Positions 21,028 through 30,974 of a stretch of 64,000 nucleotides of DNA are shown here, in pieces. The DNA is from an uncultured delta proteobacterium. Lineage in GTDB: Bacteria > Myxococcota_A > UBA9160 > UBA4427. Location of the stretch: contig CAWGJT010000005.1 in the NCBI GenBank assembly GCA_963822965.1, forward strand, positions 1,184,001-1,248,000, in the 5' to 3' direction. How positions within the stretch are numbered: the stretch's first letter is position 1; every line of letters begins with the position of its first letter. Below the pieces are notes generated by a model, which was given only the letters and a program-made list of their open reading frames with translations, was not told where the DNA came from and did no database searches. A program made the translations under genes and the position numbers.

Positions 21028-21414
21028 GCTGTCGCTCCTCGTCGAGTGAGTGGCCTCCCCCTCCCCGCTACAGCCGAACATGCGCCGGCCGCGGCTGTCA
21101 AGCGGGTTCTCGCGCCGGGGGCCCTCGGGGCGCGCCGTCTCGCCCGCACGCCGTCTCGCCCGCAGAAGGCGGAGCGCACCGCTACGAGGCGGTCCGCGCC
21201 ACGTCGAGGGGATGGGACGAGTAGGCTGGCGGGGGACCGGACGCGTCGCCCTCGGAGCACACCCGGGGCCGGTGTCTTCTTCAACGAGCGCTCGGGGTTC
21301 GGCCGACGTCGGCGACGCCTCCGAAAGGCCTGCATCCACCTCGATCGGAGGTGAGCCCGTCGTGTTCTCCCGCGCGTCGGCCAGCGCGCTCTGCGATGGA
21401 GTAGGATCGAAGTG

Positions 21415-21560
21415 ATGACGCGACGCCGCCGATTCCATCGGGAGCTCTCGGATGAACGGATCGCGCGGCTCCTCGGCTCGATCGACGAAGCGGCTCTCGA
21501 ACCGTCGAACTGGCAGGACGTTCTGGTGGAGCTTCGGGACGTGGCTGTCGCTTGCCCAGA
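21415..21560 (+). pseudogene. N-terminal remnant of a sensor/LuxR-type regulator
   Basis: LLGSIDEAALEPSNWQDVL resembles the start of PAS/GAF-LuxR proteins; the frame then degenerates. Confidence 0.4.
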
Positions 21561-21639
21561 TCTTCTTCTCGGTCGACGAAGACGTCGCCTACGACATAGA
21601 CTCCGACCCTCGTGGGCAGCGCACGGGGAAGGCTCACGG

Positions 21640-21880
21640 CCGGGACGGTCTATGCGTTCGGTGTGACCGTGGGCGGTGGCACCTTTCCGCCGGCCAGCAG
21701 CTCCGTGACGAGTACCGGCCATGTCGAGCTTCGCTTCCTCGATGCCCCGAGCCCCGTGGGACGCTGGGGGGAGGGAACCTGGGGCTTGATGAGGTGGGGC
21801 ATCCCGAACGTGCCCGTCGCGGGCGCGCTCGGCGCCGTGGGTCTCGCGGCTGCGCTGATCGCCGTCGGACGGCGCCCGCT
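21640..21880 (+). pseudogene. C-terminal remnant of a surface protein with IPTL-CTERM-like tail
   Basis: NVPVAGALGAVGLAAALIAVGRR; no start or signal peptide. Confidence 0.35.
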
Positions 21881-22027
21881 TGCGGTCCAGCAACGAGGGA
21901 GATGCAGCCCACTGCGGCTGACCCCGGGCTCGACGCGGCGTTCACCTTCGCCGACAGCCAGGTGGCCTGCCGCCCCTGAGCGCGGCGCGCGCCGCGCTTC
22001 GGGGCGCGGCATGCCATACTCCCTCGT

Positions 22028-22585
22028 ATGGATCCGAAGCAGACGACCACACTGCTGCGCACGCTCCACTACGCCGCGAACGTGCACCGGGACCAGCGAC
22101 GGAAGAACGCGGAGGCGCCACCGTACATCAACCACCCGATCGCCGTCGCCGAGCTGCTCACTCGCCAGGGCGGGGTGAGCGACCTGGTGACGATTCAGGC
22201 GGCCCTGCTCCACGACACCATCGAAGATACCGAGGCCACGGTCGAGGATCTCGAGATCCACTTCGGTGCGGAGGTCGCCGCCGTCGTCGCGGAGGTCACC
22301 GACGACAAGAGCCTCGAGAAGTCCGAACGCAGGCGCCTCCAGATCCTCCACTCGCCCGAGATTTCCGAGCGCGCCAAGCTCGTGGAGCTCTGCGACAAGA
22401 TCTGCAACGTCGAAGACATCACCCACAACCCGCCGAAGACCTGGGACCTGAAGCGCCGGATGGACTACCTCGACTGGACCGAAGAAGTCGTCAGCGGTCT
22501 GCGCGGCACCAATGCGGCGCTCGAGCACCTCTACGACAAGACCCTCGCCCATGGACGCCAGGTCCTGGGCAAGGTCGAAGGCTGA
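22028..22585 (+). CDS. HD-domain Mesh1-like small alarmone ((p)ppGpp) hydrolase
   Basis: [36 protein letters not shown]. Confidence 0.85.
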   Translation: MDPKQTTTLLRTLHYAANVHRDQRRKNAEAPPYINHPIAVAELLTRQGGVSDLVTIQAALLHDTIEDTEATVEDLEIHFGAEVAAVVAEVTDDKSLEKSERRRLQILHSPEISERAKLVELCDKICNVEDITHNPPKTWDLKRRMDYLDWTEEVVSGLRGTNAALEHLYDKTLAHGRQVLGKVEG

Positions 22586-22624
22586 AAGGGGACGACGCGG
22601 TCGTCGCGCAGGTGACCGGCCGAG

Positions 22625-23632
22625 TTAGAGGTGCCGGTACTCGCGCAGCAGGTGACCCTGTTCCTGCAGCCAGCGGATCGCGTCGCGCAGGGTCTCCCGG
22701 GGGCTGCGGTACACGAGCCCGAGCTCTTCCCGGACGCCGCGATCGTCCGAGCGGGCCCACTCGGTCATGTAGGTCGTGCTCTCGACGCTGATCGGGAGTG
22801 GGAGTGGAACGAATCGGCTCACCAGGTCTCCCACGCCCCCGAGCCACTTCAGGACCGACGCCGGCGCTGGAATGCGCAGAAACGACTCGTCGGTCACCTC
22901 CTCGAGCAGGTCCGTCAGCTCGGGCCACGTAAAGAAGCTGCCGCCCATCACGTAGCGTGCCGGAGGACCCCCGCGTTCGAGCAGCATGCGATGCGCCTGC
23001 GCCAGATCGCGCACGTCGACGAACTGGAACCCGCTCGTGGTCTCACAGACCGCGCGCGAGTCGAGAATGGCCTTGAGACCGGCGAGCGCCTCGCTCAAGC
23101 CCGGGTCGTCCGGTCCGAGGATGCTGCCCGGATAGGTGGTGTAGATCGGCGCGCCCTCCGACTGCAGCTGCCTCACGTAGCGGTCGCACTCGATCTTCGA
23201 TCGGCCGTATCCGGACGCAGCTTCGCCCAGAGGCGAAGCATCGTCGATTCGCGTCACACCGGGCGCGAACAAAGCCGTCGTGCTCGACACCTGCAGCATT
23301 CGCTCGACACCCTGCTTCCTGGCCTGCCCCAGCACCACCTCCGTCCCCCGCAGGTTGTTCCAGAGCACGCGATCCGTATCGTTCGCATGGACGCTCACCA
23401 TGGCAGCGGCGTGGACGACCGCATCGCATCCGGCGAGCGCCTTCTCGACGGACCGCGGGGCGGTGATGTCGCCGCGCACGCAGTCGACATCCTCGAGACC
23501 CTCCGGCGCGAAGGCGTTCATCATCTTGTCGAGGCTGCGAACCAGGAGACAGAGCTCGTGCCCCGCCCGGTGCAGCGCCAGCGCCGTATGGAATCCGACG
23601 AATCCCGTAGCGCCCGTGATCATCACGCGCAT
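22625..23632 (-). CDS. NAD-dependent epimerase/dehydratase (DFR-like)
   Basis: ITGATGFVG, YGRSK, VDVRDLA. Confidence 0.85.
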   Translation of the reverse strand: MRVMITGATGFVGFHTALALHRAGHELCLLVRSLDKMMNAFAPEGLEDVDCVRGDITAPRSVEKALAGCDAVVHAAAMVSVHANDTDRVLWNNLRGTEVVLGQARKQGVERMLQVSSTTALFAPGVTRIDDASPLGEAASGYGRSKIECDRYVRQLQSEGAPIYTTYPGSILGPDDPGLSEALAGLKAILDSRAVCETTSGFQFVDVRDLAQAHRMLLERGGPPARYVMGGSFFTWPELTDLLEEVTDESFLRIPAPASVLKWLGGVGDLVSRFVPLPLPISVESTTYMTEWARSDDRGVREELGLVYRSPRETLRDAIRWLQEQGHLLREYRHL

Positions 23633-23715
23633 CGGCCAGCCTCCATGCCTTCGTGAAGCGTAACGTGCCATTTTTCGTGCGAGTCGGAGGGGAATCGGGC
23701 GTTGGCCGAAACCTT

Positions 23716-24186
23716 CTACGAGCCGGCGTCGGGGAACGCGAGCCCGCAGTCGGCGCACTCGGCGTCCGAGGGCCCGACCGCGTGGCCGCAGGCGGGACAG
23801 CAGGTGCCGTCGTCCTCGCGGTTCTCGTAGTCCTCCGGCAGGTCGGGAAGCTCCCGAGCGAGAACCCGGGCTTCCAGCTCCCGCGCCTCGTCGAGTCGGC
23901 CCGCCGGAACGAAGATCGCGATCCGGGCCATGTGGCCCGAGCTGCCATGCGCGAACTCCACCAGGCGGGTCCCTCCGTCCGGATCGAGCTCGAACGGAAT
24001 TTGCGCCACGCGCAGCGCCTCGAGCAGGGGAGCCGCGAAGATGGGCTCACGCCGCGTGAGAAGCGTCACGTCCGAGACGGGCGCCGCGGCCTCCGCGGCC
24101 GGCGCGTCGCGCAGGGGCCGGCCGCAGTGGACGCAGCGGCTCAGGTCGACGTCGAACTGCGCGTTGCAGTGCGTGCAGAGCTTCAT
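23716..24186 (-). CDS. Zinc-ribbon / DUF2007-like protein
   Basis: N-terminal CTHC..CVHC, C-terminal CPAC..CADC, central LLEALRVAQIP. Confidence 0.7.
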   Translation of the reverse strand: MKLCTHCNAQFDVDLSRCVHCGRPLRDAPAAEAAAPVSDVTLLTRREPIFAAPLLEALRVAQIPFELDPDGGTRLVEFAHGSSGHMARIAIFVPAGRLDEARELEARVLARELPDLPEDYENREDDGTCCPACGHAVGPSDAECADCGLAFPDAGS

Positions 24187-24432
24187 CGACTCGAACTCCT
24201 CGCCCGTCCCGCCACCCGACGGACCCGGTGCTCAGCGGCGAGCGCCGGCGAGGTGTGTTCGAGGTCGCCGTCTCCCACCGTCCGGTGCGCCGCTGCCCAA
24301 TGGATCAGTAGCAAATGCCGCGAATGCAGTGAACTGGGTTTGGCAGCTCGTCGCTTGGGACCCGTCCGAGACTGGGCTTCGTATTGCCAATATACGCACT
24401 GTTCGAGCGGGAAGTCGCGTTGGTCGACCAAG

Positions 24433-24576
24433 GCCAACGCGCTCGGCAACGACGTCAGCGTGCTGCTCGGCAACGGCGACGGCACGTTCCAGGCCCCGGT
24501 GACGTTCGCGACCGGCGGGACGCCGCGCCTCGTCGCCATCGCCGACGTCGACGGAAACACCGCAAACGACCTCCTG
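24433..24576 (+). pseudogene. Isolated FG-GAP/VCBS repeat fragment
   Basis: ANALGNDVSVLLGNGDGTFQAPVTFATGGTPRLVAIADVDG without gene context. Confidence 0.65.
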
Positions 24577-24686
24577 GGCGCCCGCGAGACCGGCGAGGAC
24601 GGTCCGTCCGCTCGCGTGGCAGCGCATGATCTTCTCCAGCTTCTACGGGCATCGCGCCAGAACGCGGCTTGAACACCCTATCCACC

Positions 24687-26255
24687 TCAGAAGCACACGC
24701 CCCACTCGATCCCGTCGACGAAGACCGAGGGCGTGAGCGTCACGCAGGTCTCGCCGCCGAGGCACCCGGCCGCTCCCTCGGCCACTCGACAGAACCGATT
24801 GCAGGTATCGAGGCCTCCCAAGCACAGGAATCCCGGTGCGCAGTCGCTCAGTGACGAGCAGGCGACCCCCTGCGTCCCGCTTCCGCTGGTCGGGGAGCAG
24901 ACGCCGATGTCGCCGAGCGACGTGCTCGAGTCGGGATAGCAGCCCTCGCTCGTGCCGCACTCGGGCTCGGGATTCGCGAGGTCGGTGCAGACCTCGCGCA
25001 CCTGCAGCGTGCCAGGTGTCCCGTAGCCATCCGTCGAGCCCTCGGGTGCACGATCGCAGTACGTCCAGCTGGCACCGGCATCGAGCGAGAAGCGGTAGAG
25101 CGTGTCGTAGTCGACGGGCACCGTCGGCGCGACGTCGGCCTGATACTCGTCGACGTTCGGATCGCCCGCGGCCGTCCCGTCCCAGGCCGGATTCGCGGCC
25201 GCTGCCGTCCACGTCCAGCTGGGATCCGTCGTCGGATCCGTCGCCGGCGCACCCAATCCGACCTCGGACACCAGGGTCGCGAGTGGATCGATCCCGGGCG
25301 TGATGTTCGTGAGACCCGGCACGGAGACCCGGCCGTAGATCGTGATGGAATCACCGAGCGCAAGCCCCGTATCGAGCGGGAACTGCAGCGTGCAGGCGGC
25401 GATCGCGAGCGAGCAGGAGAGGCCCTCGTCGATCATCCCGTCGCAGTCGTTGTCGATCGCATCGCAGATCTCGGGGTTGCCCGGGTAGCTTGCGGGCTCG
25501 CCGTCGTCGCAGTCGGCCGGCGCGCAGTCCAGGTACGCGCCGTCGCCGTCGGCGTCCGTACAGACCGTCGTGCAGGTCGAGCCGCTGCAGCTCGTGGTGC
25601 CGAATGGCGCGCCGCCGGTCACGTCGGCGCCGCCGTTGTCGCTTAGCACCGAGTTCCCGAGGCCGGTGGCGACGCCGAGTACGGCACCGGCGAGCCCATT
25701 TCCAACCGCGACGGCGCCGAGCACCGCACCGTGGCTGCCGACCTGGAAGCCATTGCCCGCCCCGCCCGACGCCTGACTGTCCTGGATCCGACCGCGGTCG
25801 CCGAGCGCGATGCCCACGCGCCCGTTCGCGCGCGCTTCGACGCGCTCGACGACGGACTCGTCACCGAGCTCGATGCCGCCATCGGCGAAGCCGCGGACGA
25901 TCCCATTCGAGATGCGCGTGCCGATGACGCTCGAGCTGATCCCGCGCCCGGCAACGCCGGCGCAGGCAGACGGGCTGCAGTCGCCGGGCGCCCGCACGGC
26001 AAAGCCGTTCAGGTCGAGCGTCACGTCTTCTGCCGTGATTTCGATCCCATTCGTATCGGCGGGAACCTGGAGCGGGCTCGTCAGGCGGTAGCTTCCGGAA
26101 GCTCCGATCGTCACCGGATAGCCGACGGTGTCGGACGGGAAGCATCCGGTCTGTACCGCGCATGTCTGGCTGATCTCGACGACGCCGTCCACGGCGAACG
26201 CGGGCAGCGGCACGAGCAGGGCGAGAGCAGCAACGATCCAAGCCCGATGAAGCAT
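24687..26255 (-). CDS. Secreted modular protein: beta-helix, putative metal-binding motif, Cys-rich C-terminus
   Basis: Signal peptide; GSYRLTS..DVTLDLNGF; DCDDGEPASYPGNPEICDAIDNDCDG. Confidence 0.75.
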   Translation of the reverse strand: MLHRAWIVAALALLVPLPAFAVDGVVEISQTCAVQTGCFPSDTVGYPVTIGASGSYRLTSPLQVPADTNGIEITAEDVTLDLNGFAVRAPGDCSPSACAGVAGRGISSSVIGTRISNGIVRGFADGGIELGDESVVERVEARANGRVGIALGDRGRIQDSQASGGAGNGFQVGSHGAVLGAVAVGNGLAGAVLGVATGLGNSVLSDNGGADVTGGAPFGTTSCSGSTCTTVCTDADGDGAYLDCAPADCDDGEPASYPGNPEICDAIDNDCDGMIDEGLSCSLAIAACTLQFPLDTGLALGDSITIYGRVSVPGLTNITPGIDPLATLVSEVGLGAPATDPTTDPSWTWTAAAANPAWDGTAAGDPNVDEYQADVAPTVPVDYDTLYRFSLDAGASWTYCDRAPEGSTDGYGTPGTLQVREVCTDLANPEPECGTSEGCYPDSSTSLGDIGVCSPTSGSGTQGVACSSLSDCAPGFLCLGGLDTCNRFCRVAEGAAGCLGGETCVTLTPSVFVDGIEWGVCF

Positions 26256-26490
26256 CCGGGACGAGCTCCACTTTCGGTCGACAGCTCGATCCTACCATGG
26301 GGCGGGTGTGTAGATGCAACGCCGTCGGCGGCCGGGTGGGGCGACGGGGGCAGCTTGGCCCCCGTCACGTCCTGCGCCCCCACCGGGTCCGGGGTCGGTA
26401 TCACCGCCTCCGAGCGCGGCGTCGTGATCTGCAAGGGCCAGATCCGCGGGATGGGGAATCGGACTGATCGCTTGCCCCTGATCGAGGAGG

Positions 26491-26579
26491 GAGGACGAAC
26501 AAGCTCGGTTCTGGTCCGAGGTCCGGGCAGGGGTGCTCTGTCGGTCCCCCTCTCCGGGGTCCCGCGGGAGAAGGCGGGG
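26491..26579 (+). repeat. Degenerate repeat copy A with dif-like core (26519-26546)
   Basis: AGGACGAACAAGCTCGGTT...AGGTCCGGGCA-GGGGTG-CTCTGTCGGTC-CCCC..CCGGGGTCCCGCGG. Confidence 0.75.
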
Positions 26580-26910
26580 CAACCCGAAGCTCGAGCGGGT
26601 CGCACTCGAATCGGGAGCCGCCACCCGACGCCCTGGAGTGCCGCCCCGCAGGCGCGCCAGATTTTCGGCCGAAGTGATCGAAGTGAGCTCGGTGCCCTCG
26701 GGGCGGCGCCCAGCGGGGAGATGCAGCGCAACCGTCGCGAGATGGTGTTGGTCTCCCGAGGCAATTTGATGGGAACGCGCTCGCGTGTCTCTGGTAGGAT
26801 GCCGGCCTCACGCGAAGCCCGAGCCAGCGCGTGCCGACTTCGGCGCGCGACCCTCACGGCAGCCGCACGATCCCAACCACAATGACGAAGCCCATGCCGA
26901 GGAGGTTCCG

Positions 26911-27705
26911 ATGCCTTCCCGCCGATCGATCCAGAGCTTCGCTCTCGCGGCGTTCGCCGCGACGGCCATTGGATGTCAGTACGACACGCCGAATCGCGAG
27001 CTGCATGTCAACGATCACGACCAGTTCACCCCGAGCGGCCGAATCTCCTACGAGATCTACCCGGGGATCGAGACCAGGCGCAAGGGAGCCCTGCTCGATC
27101 TCGTGACCGAGTCGCCGAAGGAGGAGAAAGCCGAGGAAGCGATGACCGCACGCAGCACGGGCGTCAAGGGCACGATCTCGATCGAGGGCGAGGTCGCCGC
27201 CGTCAACGGCCGGGACCACCGGCAGCTCGCGGCGGGCGACCAGGTCGAGATGGGTGGCGTGGTCATTCCCGGGCCTGCGCGCATCTCCGTGAAGGCGGAG
27301 AACCTGCGCGGCTATGTCGCGGCCCGCGGCGGAGTCCGCATCTTCGACGTCCTCAGCGTGGAGGGGATCACCGGAATCGCCGTCGACAAGACCGAGGTGC
27401 GGCTCCGGGGGGGCGGGGTCGGCACGAAGGACCACGACGTCGACGAGGGTCTGCTGCTGGGATTGCGAACGACGCTGCGGCCGATCGCACTCTTCGACAT
27501 CTACTACCAATTGACCGTCAACATTCACGACTGGACGGAGGACCCGATCGAAGACACGCAGGTCGGCCTCGAGCTGAACCTCACCCGGAACGTCTCGGTC
27601 TTCGGGGGCTATCGCTGGTGGAGCTACCAGGAGCATCACTACGAGGTGTCGGACATCGACCTCAGCCTTCGCGGGCCCACCGCGGGGCTGAGCCTGAAGT
27701 TCTGA
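26911..27705 (+). CDS. Putative outer-membrane beta-barrel (lipo)protein
   Basis: GGAGG RBS; lipobox-like AIGC; amphipathic strands; C-terminal GPTAGLSLKF. Confidence 0.7.
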   Translation: MPSRRSIQSFALAAFAATAIGCQYDTPNRELHVNDHDQFTPSGRISYEIYPGIETRRKGALLDLVTESPKEEKAEEAMTARSTGVKGTISIEGEVAAVNGRDHRQLAAGDQVEMGGVVIPGPARISVKAENLRGYVAARGGVRIFDVLSVEGITGIAVDKTEVRLRGGGVGTKDHDVDEGLLLGLRTTLRPIALFDIYYQLTVNIHDWTEDPIEDTQVGLELNLTRNVSVFGGYRWWSYQEHHYEVSDIDLSLRGPTAGLSLKF

Positions 27706-27850
27706 CGCATCACGACCGTCAGGATCGCGACCAGCGGGCGACGGCTGCGTAGAGCGGGGTCGGCATGTCCCAGTTGGAAGCGACCCGGCCGATCGGGAGA
27801 TGAGCGATACGAGCGGTATGCGGGCGCTCGGCGTGGCCCTCGAGTTGCCG

Positions 27851-28096
27851 TCATGCTCCCTGCAGCGCTGCGCTCACCTGCTCCAGGAGAGCGATCAGCG
27901 TGGCGACGTCGGCGCCATCCGCTTGCGCGAGTGCCAGAGCGTCGAGCGCCTGCTGTAGGAACGCGAGCGCGGCATCGGTGTTTCCGTTCTCGATCTTGTG
28001 GAGCGCCCCGTTGGTGCTCTCCGGGACGCTGCCGGCCAGTGCCTTGTGTGCCTTGCCCAGCGCGTCGAGCTCGTGCTCCCCAAACGCGAAAATCAC
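27851..28096 (-). pseudogene. Chimeric remnant: wHTH regulator N-terminus fused to an unrelated helical C-terminus
   Basis: MIFAFGEHELD followed directly by a helical segment, with no wHTH core. Confidence 0.45.
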
Positions 28097-28172
28097 ACCG
28101 GCGTCCGCCTCTGGCCCGATCGCCCCACGATTCCCTCTGCCGACCTCAAGAATACCTCGCCGGTGAAGAGGA

Positions 28173-28255
28173 AAGGCGAAAAGTCGGTACTGGCCTGAGG
28201 TCCGGAAGGGGTGTTATGTCAATCCCCCCTCCGGGTCCCGCGGCAGGCGGCGGGG
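28173..28255 (+). repeat. Degenerate repeat copy B with dif-like core (28197-28224)
   Basis: AAGGCGAAAAGTCGGTACTGG..GAGGTCCGGAA-GGGGTG-TTATGTCAATC-CCCCCTCCGGGTCCCGCGG. Confidence 0.75.
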
Positions 28256-28883
28256 CCTCCTCGGCCTCGATGTACCGGACGCGGGACCTCCTGCGCGAGC
28301 ATCGTTGACTGGCCAGGCCAGGAGCTCGCGCGTTCGACGTAGGAGAGCTGCTGGCGACTTCCCCTTCACCGCCCCGAGGCCACCTACGTCGCCCACGCCT
28401 TTCGGAAGCAGACGTTCGCCCTTCGACGAGGCATTCGCAGGGTGATCGAGGCATGTAGGGAAGAAGGGATTCAGCATCGTCGACACGGTCGCCGATCTCG
28501 CCGCGTGTGGGGCGGCCGTCCTCGGCGCGAACCCACGACGCCTGGATCAGCGATGACCAACAGCACGGGAACAACGAATACGGAGTAGGGGAAATGCCAG
28601 GCGTCGCGCGCCTCCTCGATGGTCAAGGCGATGAGAAGGGAATACGTCGGCGAGGACGATGAGAAGGCAGAGCGCCGTCACGATCCCCGTGGCGACGCAC
28701 AGCCCTTGCAGCACGCGCCGGCCGCGCGAAGGAGCTCGCGTCATACGGCCTGCATCCGCTCGAGCCGTCCGACGCCGCCAGCCACACCCAGGGCGACGGC
28801 GATACCGAGCAGCCCGCTGGCGGCCAACAGGATCGCTTGCTCCGCACGTCCCAGCTGGCTCTCTCCTGCTGTCCGGATCGTCA

Positions 28884-29006
28884 TGCCCGGCCCCGCTGGA
28901 CATCCTCGAGTTGGGTAGACGACGACGACACCCAACGAGAGGAGGCACCGATGGAACGCTAGATCGGGATGGACGTTCAGCCGCGAGCTGCACGCTGGCC
29001 CGTCGT
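28884..29006 (+). mobile_element. IS110-family remnant (non-coding upstream end plus decayed transposase start)
   Basis: GGAGG then ATG at 28951; repairing one nonsense codon and two indels gives MER(Y)IGMDV(H)AASCTLAVV, a typical IS110 N-terminus; upstream hairpin GTTGGGT..ACCCAAC. Confidence 0.6.
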
Positions 29007-29153
29007 ACCGGACACCCCAGGGAGGGCTGAACGAAGATGATCGCGTTCGGGTCGTTGTCGACCAGGGGGATGGTGAAGCGGTGTACTGGACGTTTCCGGT
29101 CCCCGCCCGGTCGCCCCAGCCTGCTGCTTCGCAGCCGGCAGCGCGCGGGTCGT

Positions 29154-29543
29154 TCAGCGCGAGCCGCCGCCCTCGGCCCGGTCCCACAGCGTCTGGCGCA
29201 CGTACAGCAGCGCCCACATGTTCGGCCGCAGCTGGAAGCGCTCGATGTGATGCGAGCTCTCGAGCGACGGGGCGAGCGCGCCGCGCTGGGGCTCGTCGAT
29301 CAGGATCATGTCGGTCGACGGCGACGCCGCTGCGACGTCGGCCGCGGTCCGGAAGCGCACGTTCTTGATGCCGCGCAGGTAGAAGTAGAGCGACGCGTTG
29401 TCGAGCCAGTCGTAGACCTGGACCGAGGGCGGCGGGGCCGCGCCCGGGGCCTTCGCGACGCGCCTCACGACGCGGGCGAGGCGGCGGACGTCCTCCAGCG
29501 CATGTGCGTAGACCCACGGATTCCGTTCGTCGCTGCCGTAGCG
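29154..29543 (-). pseudogene. C-terminal remnant of a TIGR03663/Agl23-like membrane glycosyltransferase
   Basis: Frame reads RYGSDERNPWVYAHALEDVRRL..., 5' part missing. Confidence 0.5.
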
Positions 29544-30972
29544 GGTTCGTGAATCCGAACGAGCTGTCGCGCGTCTATCTCACGCAGGCGATCGTCGAGC
29601 GCGGCAGCCTCGACATCGACGAAGAGGTTCGCGGCGGCATCGGCGAGTTCAGCGACCTCGCCCGATATGACGGCCACTACTACTCCGACAAGGCGATCGG
29701 CATCTCGCTGCTCGGCGTACCCGTCTACGCGGCGGCTCGCGCGCTCGTCGGGCGCAGCCTCCCGACCGAGAGCGTGATCCTGTTGTGCCGGCTGGCCGTC
29801 GTCACGCTTCCGACGCTGCTGTGCTTCGGCCTGCTGCTCGAGCGCTCGCGGCCAGAGGAGTCGTTCGAGCGGCTGCTGCTGCTGGGGCTCTTCGCGGGCA
29901 CCTCGATCTTCCCGCTCGCGCTCAGCGTGATGGGTCACGTCCCCATGGCGATCCTGCTGGCCGTCACGTTCTGGCGCGTGATGTTGCAGCCGGCCGAGAC
30001 GAGGGCACCGCGATGGCACGCGCTGAACGGGCGCTGTGCGGCGCCGCGATCGCGATCGACTACACGTCGGGCCTCTTCGTCGCGCTGACGGCGCTCGTCT
30101 ACGTGTGGCGATACCGACTGTCGCCGCCCGTCGTCGAGTTCGGTCTGGGCGCGCTGGCGTTGCTCGCGCCGACGCTCGCATACAACGCCGTCTGCTTCGG
30201 CGGGCCGTTCGACCTCGCCTACCACCACATGGTCCAGGCCGAGCACCAGGTCCACCGCTCGACCGGCTTCTTCGGGATCGGCCTGCCGCGACTCGATGCG
30301 CTGTGGGGCCTGAGCTTCGGTCCCGCGCGCGGGCTCTTCGTCCACTCTCCGATGCTGCTCCTCGTCTTCCCGGCCGCCTGGCGGATCGCGGAACGCGGCT
30401 GGCAGGCACGCCACACGTTCGCGCTGCTCGTCGTGCTCGGTTACTTCGTCGTCAACGCGTCGCTGATCGACTGGCAGGGCGGTTGGACGCTCGGTCCGCG
30501 CTACCTGATCCCGGTGCTGCCGTTCGTCGCGTGGATCGTCTTCGAGGGCTATCAGCGCGAAGGAACGACCGGCCGCGCGCTGTACCGGACTTTCGCGGGT
30601 GCCGCGGTCACCTGGGCGCTGCTGCTGCACGGGCTCGCGCTCGCGACCTGGTCGATGCCGCCGTACTCGAACGGCTTGGTGTTCCCGGCGATGGAGCTCG
30701 GCTGGGCGCTGCTGCGCGAGGGCGTGTTGGCGCCGAATCGCGGAGCGCTGCTGGGTCTCGCCGGCGCCGGGTCGCTGCTGCCGCCGATCGTCGCGCTGGC
30801 GGTCGCACTGGCAGCGCTGGTGCGGGAGCGCGCCGCCGCGGTCGCGGCGATCGTCGCGCTGCTGCTGTTCGTCGGCACCGCGGGCCTGCTCGAGCGATCG
30901 CTCGGCGCCCAGGGCCGCCGCGACATCGCGTACTTCCCGCCGCTGATGGGCTACCGCCCGACGCCGCGCTGA
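29543..30972 (+). pseudogene. GT-C-like polytopic membrane protein, 5'-truncated and frameshifted
   Basis: NPNELSRVYLTQAIVERGSLDID..YYSDKAIG, then GLFVHSP, WQGGWTLGPRYL in a second frame. Confidence 0.65.
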
Positions 30973-30974
30973 GC

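Noticed and set aside
10828..24338. Shared 11-mer AGTGAACTGGG at 10828 and 24328
   Set aside because: Many 11-bp matches are expected by chance in 64 kb.
24345..24391. Possible fourth copy of the dif-like repeat (AGCTCG-N13-GTCCGAGAC-TGGGCT..TATTGCCAAT)
   Set aside because: Spacing of the first part matches, but it needs a 3-bp insertion and many mismatches; cannot be separated from chance by eye.
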